Shown: one piece after another, positions 1 to 10,632 of the stretch
How the letters are laid out: every line of letters starts with the position of its first letter
Position numbering within the stretch: the first letter of the stretch is position 1
NCBI GenBank assembly: GCA_004379115.1
Contig: NBNH01000013.1
Location: 4,136-68,135 of the forward strand
DNA from: Actinomycetales bacterium mxb001
GTDB lineage: Bacteria; Actinomycetota; Actinomycetes; S36-B12
Length of the DNA: 64,000 nucleotides
Direction: 5' to 3'
The notes under the pieces: generated by a model
Seen by the model: the letters and a program-made list of their open reading frames with translations, nothing else
Told to the model about the DNA's origin: nothing
The model's database searches: none
Program-made: the position numbers and the translations under genes

Positions 1-19
1 GGACGTTCGGCTCGCCACG

Positions 20-1036
20 TCAGCTCTTCGCCAGCACGGTGTCCTGGATGGCCGGGATGATGCGCTCTCCGTACTCGAGGAGGGTGCGGTCCTTGTCGTC
101 GTGCTGCAGGTAGATGGCGAACTGGTCCACCCCGAGCGCCTTGAGTTCCTCGAGTCGGCGAATGTGCTCCTCGACCGGTCCGATGATGCAGAAGCGGTCG
201 ACGATTTCGTCGGGCACGAAGTCGGCATGCGTATTGCCAGCTCGACCGTGCTGGTTGTAGTCGTAGCCCTCGCGACCCTTGATGTAGTCCGTGAGTGCCT
301 GGGGCACTCCGCCGCTGTCGCCGTAGCGCTCGACGATGTCGGCCACGTGGTTGCCCACCATGCCGCCGAACCAGCGCAACTGGTTGCGCGCGTGCTCGAC
401 GTTGTCGGTGACATAGGCGGGCGCCGCCACGCAGATGTAGATGTCGTCGGGATTGCGCCCGGCGCTCGCTGCGGCATTGCGCACGGCCTCGATCGTCCAG
501 GCGGCGATCTGGGGGTCGGCGAGCTGGAGGATGAAGCCGTCGCCCACCTCGCCGGTGAGGGCGAGCACCTTGGGACCGTAGGCGGCCACGAAGACCTCGG
601 TGCCGGCGTCCTTGGCCCACGGCAGACGAATCGAACTGCCCTTGTAGTCCACCGCACGGCCATTGGTCATGTCGCGAAGGAGCACGACGGCATCGCGGAG
701 TTCCGCCACGCTGACGGGCTTGCCATTGGTGACGCGCACGGCTGAGTCGCCGCGCCCGATGCCGATGACGGTGCGGTGGCCGTACATCTCATTGAGTGTC
801 GCGAAGACCGAGGCGGTGACCGTGAGATCGCGGGTAGCGGGGTTGGTCACCATCGGACCGACGATGACCTTGCGGGTCTCGTCGAGGATCCGGGAGTAGA
901 TGACGTAGGGCTCCTCCCACAGGATGTGGGAGTCGAACGTCCACACGTAGTCGATGCCGAAGGTCTCCGCCTTCTTGGCCAGATCGACCACCCGCGAAGC
1001 CGGGGGAGTGCACTGCAGGACGACGCCGATATCCAT
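20..1036 (-). CDS. LLM-class (luciferase-like) flavin/F420-dependent oxidoreductase
   Basis: 338 aa from the internal ATG at residue 86 of track ORF 20..1291. The upstream 85 aa are Arg/Ser/Pro-rich and overlap mmsA. LLM-like sequence: MDIGVVLQCTPP, GIGRGDSAVR, VDQFAIYLQHDD. Starts 13 nt after the mmsA stop on the same strand. Confidence 0.7.
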   Translation of the reverse strand: MDIGVVLQCTPPASRVVDLAKKAETFGIDYVWTFDSHILWEEPYVIYSRILDETRKVIVGPMVTNPATRDLTVTASVFATLNEMYGHRTVIGIGRGDSAVRVTNGKPVSVAELRDAVVLLRDMTNGRAVDYKGSSIRLPWAKDAGTEVFVAAYGPKVLALTGEVGDGFILQLADPQIAAWTIEAVRNAAASAGRNPDDIYICVAAPAYVTDNVEHARNQLRWFGGMVGNHVADIVERYGDSGGVPQALTDYIKGREGYDYNQHGRAGNTHADFVPDEIVDRFCIIGPVEEHIRRLEELKALGVDQFAIYLQHDDKDRTLLEYGERIIPAIQDTVLAKS

Positions 1037-1049
1037 GTCGAGCCTCTCG

Positions 1050-2537
<1,488 letters not shown>

Positions 2538-2567
2538 GTGACACTCCGCTTCGGTGGTGGTGGTGAG

Positions 2568-3980
2568 CTAGATGAGGTACTGCGATAGATCGCGCTTGAG
2601 GAACTGGCCGTGACCCTTGGTCCCGTGGAAGCCCTGCTCGTCGACGAGCACGGTGCCGCGCGACATCACGACATCGACATGACCGTCGATCTCGAAGCCC
2701 TCCCAGGCGCTGTGATCCATGTTCATGTGATGGGTCTTCTCGAGGCCGATGCTCGTGTGCCCGTTGGGGTCGTAGACCACGATGTCGGCGTCCGAGCCTG
2801 GGGCGATGGCGCCCTTGCGCGGGTAGAGGCCGAACATGCGAGCCGGCGTCGTCGAGCACAGTTCGACCCAGCGCTCGACGGAGAGCTTGCCATCGGCCAC
2901 GCCTTGGTAGATCAAGTCCATGCGGTGCTCGACGGAGCCGATCCCGTTGGGGATCTTCGAGAAGTCGTTGATGCCGAGTTCCTTCTGCTCCTTGAAGCAG
3001 AACGGGCAGTGGTCGGTGCTGATGATCGACAGGTCATTGGTGCGCAGGTAACGCCACAACTCGTCCTGGTGGCCCTCGGCGCGCGAGCGCAGGGGAGTGG
3101 AGCAGACCCACTTGGCTCCCTCGAAGCCCGGTGCCCCGAGATTCTCCTCGAGCGACAGGTAGAGGTACTGCGGACAGGTTTCGCCGAAGACGTTGAGGCC
3201 GAGATCACGGGCCTCCTGCAGGGTCTGCACGGCCTGCTTGGCCGACATGTGCACGATGTAGAGAGGTGCCCCCGTCATGCGCGCCAGCATGATCGCGCGG
3301 TGTGTCGCCTCCTCTTCGGTCTCCCAGGGGCGGGTGAGGCCGTGGTAGATCGGAGCGGTCTCACCGCGAGCGAGAGCCTGCGCGACCAGGACGTCGATGG
3401 CGATGCCGTTTTCGGCGTGCATCATGATCAGCGACCCGTTGTGGGTGGCCTGCTGCATGGCCCGCACGATCTGGCCGTCGTCGCTGTAGAACACTCCCGG
3501 ATACGCCATGAAGAGCTTGAAGCTCGTGATGCCCTCGTCGACCAGCTCGTCCATGGCCTTGAGGGAGTCGTCGTCGACGCCCCCGATGATCTGGTGGAAG
3601 GCGTAGTCGACGAAGCAGTTGCCGCCCGCCTTGGCGTGCCACGTGGCCAGTCCGTCCTGCACGCGCTCGCCGTAGCGCTGCACGGCGAAGTCGATGATCG
3701 TGGTGGTGCCGCCCCAGGCTGCCGCTCGCGTGCCAGTCTCGAAGGTGTCGGAGGCAAACGTGCCACCGAACGGCAGCTCCATGTGGGTGTGGGCGTCGAC
3801 GCCACCCGGGACGACGTACTTGCCCGCCGCGTCGATGACGCGATCGACCGAACCCGCGAGCGAATCCGAGGTGGCGCCGGGGGCGAGGAGTGCCGCGATC
3901 TTCTCGCCGTCGACGAGGACATCCATCGCCTGGATGCCCTGGGGCGTGACGACGGAGCCGTTACGGATGAGGGTCTTCAT
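2568..3980 (-). CDS. dihydropyrimidinase / D-hydantoinase
   Basis: 470 aa cyclic amidohydrolase. Motifs: metal site GGVDAHTHMELPFGG, SFKLFMAY, MMHAENG, ISTDHCPF. Confidence 0.85.
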   Translation of the reverse strand: MKTLIRNGSVVTPQGIQAMDVLVDGEKIAALLAPGATSDSLAGSVDRVIDAAGKYVVPGGVDAHTHMELPFGGTFASDTFETGTRAAAWGGTTTIIDFAVQRYGERVQDGLATWHAKAGGNCFVDYAFHQIIGGVDDDSLKAMDELVDEGITSFKLFMAYPGVFYSDDGQIVRAMQQATHNGSLIMMHAENGIAIDVLVAQALARGETAPIYHGLTRPWETEEEATHRAIMLARMTGAPLYIVHMSAKQAVQTLQEARDLGLNVFGETCPQYLYLSLEENLGAPGFEGAKWVCSTPLRSRAEGHQDELWRYLRTNDLSIISTDHCPFCFKEQKELGINDFSKIPNGIGSVEHRMDLIYQGVADGKLSVERWVELCSTTPARMFGLYPRKGAIAPGSDADIVVYDPNGHTSIGLEKTHHMNMDHSAWEGFEIDGHVDVVMSRGTVLVDEQGFHGTKGHGQFLKRDLSQYLI

Positions 3981-3992
3981 GTCAGCCTCCCG

Positions 3993-4844
3993 TCAGGGTC
4001 GGGTCAGGTCGCCGTAGGCATCGGGCCTGCGGTCGCGGTAGAAGGGCCAGCGATTGCGCACCGTGGTGATGAGGTCCATGTCGAGGTCGCGGACGACCAA
4101 TTCGGGCTGGTAGGCGTCGGCCGGCTCGCCGACGAACTTGCCTTCGGGGTCGACGAAGTAGCTGGTGCCGTAGAAGTCGTCATCGCCGAGGTCTTCGATG
4201 CCGACGCGGTTGATGGCTCCGATGAAGTATTCGTTGGCGACCGCTGACGCGGGCTGCTCGAGCTTCCAGAGGTAGCCGGAGAGCCCACGAGAGGTGGCGG
4301 ACGGGTTGAAGACGATCTGGGCGCCGTTGAGCCCGAGTGCGCGCCATCCCTCGGGGAAGTGACGGTCGAAACAGATGTAGACGCCGATCTTGCCGACCGC
4401 CGTGTCGAAGACCGGGTAGCCGAGGTTGCCGGGACGGAAGTAGAACTTCTCCCAGAAGCCGGGCACGTGGGGGATGTGCGTTTTGCGGTACTTGCCCAGG
4501 TACTTGCCGTCGGCGTCGACGACCGCCGCGGTGTTGTAGAGGACGCCCGGCTGCTCCTCCTCGTACATCGGGAGGATCAGCACCATCCCGAGCTCTTTGG
4601 CCAGTGCCTGGAAGCGCTCGGTGGTCGGGCCGGGGATCGACTCGGCGTACTCGTAGAACTTGGTGTCCTGCACCTGGCAGAAGTACGGGCCGTAGAACAG
4701 CTCCTGGAAGCACATGACCTTGGCCCCCTGAGCCGCCGCCTGCCGGGCGTAGTCCTCATGGGCAGCGATCATCGACTCCTTGTCGCCGGTCCAGTTGGTC
4801 TGCACGAGCGCCGCTCGCACCACACTCATTGTCGCCTCCTCCAC
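3993..4844 (-). CDS. beta-ureidopropionase (N-carbamoyl-beta-alanine amidohydrolase), nitrilase superfamily
   Basis: 283 aa. Glu-Lys-Cys triad contexts are CFQELF, YRKTHIPHV and VYICFDRHFPE. FNPSAT..LW..EQPASAVAN resembles eukaryote-type UPB1. Lies 12 nt upstream of the dihydropyrimidinase gene. The start may be 4844 (track) or the ATG at 4829. Confidence 0.8.
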   Translation of the reverse strand: MEEATMSVVRAALVQTNWTGDKESMIAAHEDYARQAAAQGAKVMCFQELFYGPYFCQVQDTKFYEYAESIPGPTTERFQALAKELGMVLILPMYEEEQPGVLYNTAAVVDADGKYLGKYRKTHIPHVPGFWEKFYFRPGNLGYPVFDTAVGKIGVYICFDRHFPEGWRALGLNGAQIVFNPSATSRGLSGYLWKLEQPASAVANEYFIGAINRVGIEDLGDDDFYGTSYFVDPEGKFVGEPADAYQPELVVRDLDMDLITTVRNRWPFYRDRRPDAYGDLTRP

Positions 4845-5013
4845 GGTGAACGCCTCTGCGTCCTCCGGTCACTCTATTGCGCTCATGCGCAGGGTTTGGG
4901 TCGGTCGGCGGAATGCCCCGGAAGCCTCGGATCACGGTTCTGTCGCGCCCCTGGGCCGACGCGCCACGAGGCGGCTAGGGTGAAGGGAGTCCCGCTGTCG
5001 TCTGGGAGGATTC

Positions 5014-6513
5014 GTGTCCGCAAGCCCGCGAGCAGGGTTCGTCGATGGAGCGGTGATCACCGCCCCCGGTGAGACTCTCGACGTCATCGATCCGGCTGAC
5101 GGGTCGGTCGTGGAGACCGTGGGCCTGGCCGGGCACGCCGAGGTCGATGCCGCCGTGGCGGCGGCCCAGCGCGCCTTCCCCGAGTGGGCGGGAGCCACCC
5201 CCGGTGAGCGGGGGGCGGCTCTGCTCCGCCTGGCGGCCCGCGTGGAGGCCCGTGCGGCCGAGTACGCCGAGGTGGAGTCTCGCCAGACGGGCAAGACGCT
5301 GCGCCTGGCCACCGAATTCGACGTCCCGGGCTCCATCGACAACGTGGTGTTCTTCGCCGGGGCCGCCCGTCAACTCGAGGGCCTGGCCTCGGGGGAGTTC
5401 GACGCCTCCCACACCTCGGTCATCCGCCGGGAGCCCGTGGGCGTCGTGGGCTCGGTCGCCCCCTGGAACTACCCCCTGCAGATGGCCATGTGGAAGGTGC
5501 TTCCGGCTATCGCGGCGGGCAACACGATCGTCCTCAAGCCCGCCGAGATCACCCCCCTGACCACCCTCATGCTCGCCGAGGATGCCGTCGCCGCCGGGAT
5601 CCCCGCGGGCGTCGTCAACGTCGTCGTCGGCCGCGGCCCCGTCGCGGGGGAAGCCCTGGTCAGCAACCCGGCCGTCGGCATGGTCTCCTTCACGGGCTCG
5701 ACCCCCGTCGGCCGACGGGTCATGGAGATCGCCGCGTCCCGGGCCGCTCGCGTGCACCTCGAGCTCGGCGGCAAGGCGCCCTTCCTCGTGTACGACGATG
5801 CCGATGTCGAGGCGGTCATTCACGGAGCAGTGGCGGGCGCTCTTATCAACGCTGGCCAAGACTGCACGGCCGCGACGAGGGTCTATGTGCAAAGGCCCAT
5901 CTACGACCGCGTGGTCGAGGGGATCGCCGATCTTCTCGCCTCGATCCGCCTCGGCGACCCGCGAGATCCCGACACCGACCTGGGTCCCCTCGTGACCTTC
6001 ACGCAGCGCGATCGGGTCGCCGGGTTCGTTGACCGGGCCCGCGGCGACGGGGCCACCGTGGCCGTCGGGGGAGAGGTGCCGGCCGGCGACCTGGCCAAGG
6101 GGGCCTACTACGCACCGACCCTCATCACGGGGGCGGCCCAGGACTCCGAGATCGTCCAGGAGGAGGTCTTCGGCCCGGTCCTCGTGGCCCTGCCGTTCGA
6201 CTCCGACGATGAGGGCCTCGCCCTGGCCAACGACACGCGCTACGGGCTGGCGGCCTCGGTGTGGTCCCGCGACGTCTACCGGACGATGCGGGCCCAGCGC
6301 GAGATCCGGTCGGGCTGCGTCTGGGTCAACGACCACATCCCGATCGTCAGCGAGATGCCCCACGGCGGGATGAAGCAGTCCGGCTTCGGGAAGGACATGT
6401 CCAAGTACTCCCTGGAGGAGTACACCGTGATCAAGCACGTCTCCTGGGACATTTCAGGCGACGCGCGCAAGGACTGGCACCGTACTATCTTCAAAGATCG
6501 AAACCGCCCGTAG
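5014..6513 (+). CDS. NAD(P)-dependent aminoaldehyde (gamma-aminobutyraldehyde-type) dehydrogenase
   Basis: 499 aa ALDH with VAPWNYPLQMAMWK, LKPAEITP, general base ELGGKAP and catalytic Cys GQDCTAATR. GTG start preceded by GGGAGGA. First gene of the pot-type transporter operon. Substrate assignment is by context only. Confidence 0.75.
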   Translation: MSASPRAGFVDGAVITAPGETLDVIDPADGSVVETVGLAGHAEVDAAVAAAQRAFPEWAGATPGERGAALLRLAARVEARAAEYAEVESRQTGKTLRLATEFDVPGSIDNVVFFAGAARQLEGLASGEFDASHTSVIRREPVGVVGSVAPWNYPLQMAMWKVLPAIAAGNTIVLKPAEITPLTTLMLAEDAVAAGIPAGVVNVVVGRGPVAGEALVSNPAVGMVSFTGSTPVGRRVMEIAASRAARVHLELGGKAPFLVYDDADVEAVIHGAVAGALINAGQDCTAATRVYVQRPIYDRVVEGIADLLASIRLGDPRDPDTDLGPLVTFTQRDRVAGFVDRARGDGATVAVGGEVPAGDLAKGAYYAPTLITGAAQDSEIVQEEVFGPVLVALPFDSDDEGLALANDTRYGLAASVWSRDVYRTMRAQREIRSGCVWVNDHIPIVSEMPHGGMKQSGFGKDMSKYSLEEYTVIKHVSWDISGDARKDWHRTIFKDRNRP

Positions 6514-6538
6514 GGCGCACGACAACACAGGAGAGATC

Positions 6539-7768
6539 ATGAGCAAGCGACCGCTGTCCCCGGAGGCCTCCGCCGTTGTGGCCATGGCCCGGTCCGGGCT
6601 CTCCCGCCGCCGCCTCCTTCAGGTTGCCGGCATCACCGGTGTCGCGGCAACCGCGGCCGCCTGTGGTGCGGGCGGTGGAGGCACGGCAAGCAGCAGCGGT
6701 GCCGCTCCGGGGCCGTCGCCTGCCCAGGATCTCTCCGACACCGAGAAGTTCGTCAACTGGGCCAACTGGCCCCTCTACATCGATGTCGATGATGCGACCG
6801 GCGCCTATCCCACGCTGGAGGCCTTCACGGCCGCGACTGGCATCACGGTCAACTACACCGAAGACATCAACGACAACAACGAGTTCTTCGCCAAGGTGCG
6901 CGCGCAGTTGGAGTCGGGCCAGTCCATCGACCGCGACATCGTGGTCCTCACCGACTGGATGGCGGCGCTGTGGATTCAAAGTGGCTTCGCCGTCAAGCTC
7001 GACAAGGCGGCCATGCCCAACTCGGCCAACCTGCTGCCCAACTACACCAACGTATCCTTCGATCCGGGCCGTGAGTACTCCCTGCCCTGGTTCTCCGGGT
7101 TCGGCTGCTTCGGGTGGAACAAGGCCCTCCTCCAGGAGGCCCTGGGCACCGACACGCTCACCTCGCTCAGCCAGCTGTGGGACCCCAAGCTCAAGGGCCG
7201 CATCACCCTGCTCTCGGAGATGCGCGACACGATGGGCATCATCATGGCCGCGCAGGGGGCAGATCCCTCCAACTTCACCGACGACCAGTTCCAGGCGGCG
7301 ATCGCCGAGCTCCAGGCTCAGATCGACAGTGGGCAGGTCCGCCAGGTCTCGGGCAACGACTACATCGCTGCTCTCGAGACCGGCGATGTCATTGCGGTCA
7401 TCGGCTGGTCGGGCGACATGTTCCAGTTGGGCGATGATTTCGGCGTGGGCCTGCCGGACACCGGAGGCATGCTCTGGACCGACAACATGCTCATCCCCAG
7501 CGTTGCCACGCACAAGAAGAACGCCGAGGCGGTCATGAACTACTACTACGACCCCAAGGTGGCCGCCGAGGTCGCGGCCTACGTGCAGTACGTCTCGCCT
7601 GTGGCCGGGGCCAAGGAGGCGATGGCGGCGATCGACCCGGCCTTGGCCGAGAACCAGTGGATCTTCCCCAGCGAGGAGAAGCTGGCCAATTCCTTCGTCT
7701 TCATGACACTCACGCCCGAGCAGGACGTCGCCTACCAGCGAGAGTTCCAGAAGGCCATCGGCTTCTAG
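6539..7768 (+). CDS. potD: spermidine/putrescine ABC transporter substrate-binding lipoprotein (PotD/PotF family)
   Basis: 409 aa. Signal with twin Arg and lipobox: SRRRLLQVAGITGVAATAAACG. PotD-like core motifs WANWPLYIDVD and IGWSGDMFQ. AGGAGA SD before the ATG. Confidence 0.8.
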   Translation: MSKRPLSPEASAVVAMARSGLSRRRLLQVAGITGVAATAAACGAGGGGTASSSGAAPGPSPAQDLSDTEKFVNWANWPLYIDVDDATGAYPTLEAFTAATGITVNYTEDINDNNEFFAKVRAQLESGQSIDRDIVVLTDWMAALWIQSGFAVKLDKAAMPNSANLLPNYTNVSFDPGREYSLPWFSGFGCFGWNKALLQEALGTDTLTSLSQLWDPKLKGRITLLSEMRDTMGIIMAAQGADPSNFTDDQFQAAIAELQAQIDSGQVRQVSGNDYIAALETGDVIAVIGWSGDMFQLGDDFGVGLPDTGGMLWTDNMLIPSVATHKKNAEAVMNYYYDPKVAAEVAAYVQYVSPVAGAKEAMAAIDPALAENQWIFPSEEKLANSFVFMTLTPEQDVAYQREFQKAIGF

Positions 7769-7819
7769 GTCTCGGCGCCTAGGCTGACCCCCTGACCCAC
7801 GACAGGGAGAGGTGACGCA

Positions 7820-8926
7820 GTGGCCGCTAGTGGGGAGGTCCAGGACCTTCGGCTGGTCAACCTGGTGAAGTCGTTTGGCGACTTCACCGCGGTCGACGAC
7901 CTCACGCTGACGATCCCGGGCGGGTCCTTCTTCGCCCTGCTGGGTCCGTCGGGCTGCGGCAAGACCACGACGCTGCGCATGGTCGCCGGGCTGGAGGCGC
8001 CGACGAGCGGCAACATCCTGCTAGGTGACACCGACATCACCAACGAGAAGCCCTACAAGCGCTACGTCAACACGGTGTTCCAGTCCTACGCGCTGTTCCC
8101 GCACCTCGACATCTTCGAAAACGTCGCCTTCGGCCTGCGCCGCCGCGGCATCAAGGATGTGTCGGGCCCCGTCAACGAGATGCTCGATCTCGTGCAGTTG
8201 GGCCCGATGGCGAGGCGCAAGCCCGCGCAGTTGTCCGGCGGTCAGCAGCAGCGAGTGGCGGTGGCACGAGCTCTCATCAACGAGCCCGGCGTCCTGCTCC
8301 TCGACGAGCCGCTGGGCGCCCTCGACCTGAAGTTGCGCCGACAGATGCAGATCGAGCTCAAGCGCATCCAGACCGAGGTCGGCACCACCTTCGTCCACGT
8401 CACGCACGACCAGGAGGAGGCCATGACCATGGCCGACACCGTCGCCGTCATGAACAAGGGCCGCATCGAGCAGATGGGTGCCCCGGTCGATATCTACGAC
8501 CTGCCGAAGACCGCCTTCGTGGCCAACTTCCTCGGGCAGTCCAACTCGGTGGCGGGCACCGTGCAGGGGCGCTCGGGCGACGACCTCATCGTCGGGGCGC
8601 CGGGGGGCTCTTACAACGTGCCAGCCGCGCGCTCGACGCGTCAGGAGGGCGCCATCCTGCTGGGGGTCCGTCCGGAGAAGCTCTCGATCGCGACTGCCGG
8701 ATCCTCAGCGGCTGTTCCCGACCGACACAACCGGGCAACCGGCAAGGTCACCGACGCCTCGTTCACGGGCGTCTCGACGCAATACCTCGTCATGACGACC
8801 TGGGGTGACGAGTGGACCGTCTTCGAGCAAAACCGCTCCGTCGATCTCCTGCAGCCAGGCGACGAGGTCGTCATTCACTGGGCTCCCGAATACACATTCG
8901 GACTCGACGTTCCCTCGGGGGAGTGA
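7820..8926 (+). CDS. potA: polyamine ABC transporter ATP-binding protein
   Basis: 368 aa. Walker A GPSGCGKTT, signature LSGGQQQRVAVARAL, Walker B LLLDEPLGALD, plus a C-terminal TOBE-like region. Confidence 0.9.
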   Translation: MAASGEVQDLRLVNLVKSFGDFTAVDDLTLTIPGGSFFALLGPSGCGKTTTLRMVAGLEAPTSGNILLGDTDITNEKPYKRYVNTVFQSYALFPHLDIFENVAFGLRRRGIKDVSGPVNEMLDLVQLGPMARRKPAQLSGGQQQRVAVARALINEPGVLLLDEPLGALDLKLRRQMQIELKRIQTEVGTTFVHVTHDQEEAMTMADTVAVMNKGRIEQMGAPVDIYDLPKTAFVANFLGQSNSVAGTVQGRSGDDLIVGAPGGSYNVPAARSTRQEGAILLGVRPEKLSIATAGSSAAVPDRHNRATGKVTDASFTGVSTQYLVMTTWGDEWTVFEQNRSVDLLQPGDEVVIHWAPEYTFGLDVPSGE

Positions 8927-8927
8927 C

Positions 8928-9824
8928 ATGCCGGCACTCGCGCCCGTCGCCGGTGGCACCAAGGTCCCGTCTGGGGCTGGCGTTCAGCGCCGCGCCCGCA
9001 CCGCTTACCTGCTACTGATCCCCGGCATCGCCTGGCTCGGGCTGTTCTTCGTCGTCCCGCTGGTCTCGCTGTTCTTCACAAGCCTGCAGGCTCCGACCGG
9101 CACGCCGGGCGTCTATCAGCCTGGCTTCGAGGTCGCCAACTATGTGACCGCCATTTCCGACTACTGGCCGCAGTTCATCCGGTCATTTATCTACTCCGGC
9201 ATCGCGACCGTGCTGGCGCTCGTCATCGCCTACCCGCTCGCCTACTTCATCGCGTTTCGGGCGGGCAAGTGGCGAGCCCTGCTCCTCGTCCTCGTGGTCG
9301 CTCCGTTCTTCGCCTCATTCCTGCTGCGCACCTACGCGTGGCGCACGATCCTGGCCGACGAGGGCTTCATCACGACCACGCTCAACGCCCTGCACCTGCT
9401 GCCTGACAACCGGATCCTCAACACGCCGATCGCCGTCATCGCCGGACTCACGTACAACTTCCTGCCCTTCATGATCCTGCCGCTCTACGCGGCCCTGGAG
9501 CGCATCGATCCGCGTCTCATCGAGGCAGCAGGCGACCTCTACTCCTCGCCGTTCACGGGCTTTCGCAAGGTGGTCTGGCCGCTGAGCCTTCCCGGTGTCG
9601 TGGCCGGCACGCTGCTGACCTTCATTCCCGCATCCGGCGACTACATCAACGCGACACTTCTCGGATCCCCACAAGACCGCATGGTGGGCAATGCGATCCA
9701 GACCAACTTCCTGCAGTTCCGCGACTACCCGGTGGCGAGTGCGCTGTCCTTCATCATGATGGCGATCATCCTCACGCTGGTCTTCGTCTACATCCGTCGC
9801 GCCGGCACGGAGGACCTGGTCTGA
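8928..9824 (+). CDS. potB: polyamine ABC transporter permease
   Basis: ATG at residue 42 of track ORF 8805..9824, 1 nt after the potA stop. Multi-TM protein with EAA loop IEAAGDLYSSPFTGFRKVVWPL. Confidence 0.85.
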   Translation: MPALAPVAGGTKVPSGAGVQRRARTAYLLLIPGIAWLGLFFVVPLVSLFFTSLQAPTGTPGVYQPGFEVANYVTAISDYWPQFIRSFIYSGIATVLALVIAYPLAYFIAFRAGKWRALLLVLVVAPFFASFLLRTYAWRTILADEGFITTTLNALHLLPDNRILNTPIAVIAGLTYNFLPFMILPLYAALERIDPRLIEAAGDLYSSPFTGFRKVVWPLSLPGVVAGTLLTFIPASGDYINATLLGSPQDRMVGNAIQTNFLQFRDYPVASALSFIMMAIILTLVFVYIRRAGTEDLV

Positions 9825-10627
9825 TGAGGTGGCTGCGCAAGAACCTGATTCCCATCATCGGCATCCTGGTGCTCGTCTACCTCTTCGTGCCCATCGCGGT
9901 CGTCGCGATCCTGAGCTTCAACAAGCCTGACGGCAAGTTCAACGTCGCCTGGAATCAGTTCTCCCTGGAGGCCTGGCAAAACCTGTGTGGCGTGCCGGGC
10001 GTGTGCCAATCGTTCGTCATGAGCATCCAGATCGGCGTGATCGCCACGATCGGCGGCACGATTCTGGGCACGATGATCGCCTTCGCCCTGGTGCGTTACC
10101 GATTCCGCGGCCGGTCCACGACCAACCTGCTGATCTTCCTGCCGATGGCCACGCCCGAGGTCGTGCTCGGCTCGAGCTTGCTCGCGCTGTTCCTCAACCT
10201 GGCCTTCCCGCTCGGCTTCTGGACCGTCACGATCGCCCACATCATGTTCATCATCAGCTTCGTCGTCGTCACCGTGAAGGCGCGACTCCAGGGAATGGAC
10301 CCGCGCCTGGAGGAAGCGGCACGCGACCTCTACGCCGACCCCAAGTCGACATTCCGCTACGTCACCTTCCCACTGGTGCTGCCCGGCATCCTCGGAGCGG
10401 CACTGCTCGGCTTCAGCCTCTCCTTCGACGACTACATCATCAGCGCTTTCAACGCCGGCACGCTCGTGACCTTCCCCATCTACATCTGGGGTGCCGCACA
10501 GCGAGGAATCCCCGTCCAGGTCAACGCCCTGGCGACCCTCGTCTTCGTTCTCTCCCTCCTCGTGGTCCTCGGCGCGCAATTCGTCAACTCACGACGCCGC
10601 CGCAAGCTGGAGAGCTCCGCCGCCTGA
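9824..10627 (+). CDS. potC: polyamine ABC transporter permease
   Basis: 267 aa. The start overlaps the potB stop by 1 nt. EAA loop LEEAARDLYADPKSTFRYVTFPL. Confidence 0.85.
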   Translation: MRWLRKNLIPIIGILVLVYLFVPIAVVAILSFNKPDGKFNVAWNQFSLEAWQNLCGVPGVCQSFVMSIQIGVIATIGGTILGTMIAFALVRYRFRGRSTTNLLIFLPMATPEVVLGSSLLALFLNLAFPLGFWTVTIAHIMFIISFVVVTVKARLQGMDPRLEEAARDLYADPKSTFRYVTFPLVLPGILGAALLGFSLSFDDYIISAFNAGTLVTFPIYIWGAAQRGIPVQVNALATLVFVLSLLVVLGAQFVNSRRRRKLESSAA

Positions 10628-10632
10628 TACCG

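Noticed and set aside
3993-4844. Nitrilase-family gene considered as N-carbamoylputrescine amidase (aguB), because polyamine genes are nearby.
   Set aside because: It is co-oriented and nearly contiguous with dihydropyrimidinase, and its sequence closely follows the UPB1-type beta-ureidopropionase pattern. The polyamine operon is divergently transcribed.
4975-6438. 487-aa minus-strand ORF.
   Set aside because: It is antisense to the aldehyde dehydrogenase gene, which has complete catalytic motifs. The composition is low-complexity Gly/Arg/Asp/Val.
9985-10632. N-terminal extensions of track ORFs, for example 9985..10632, 17895..18215, 46692..47294, 20..1291 upstream of 1036, and 55737..56072.
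   Set aside because: The extended parts overlap the preceding genes, are Arg/His/Pro-rich, and precede internal starts that give family-typical N-termini, often with SD sequences or 4-nt stop/start overlaps.
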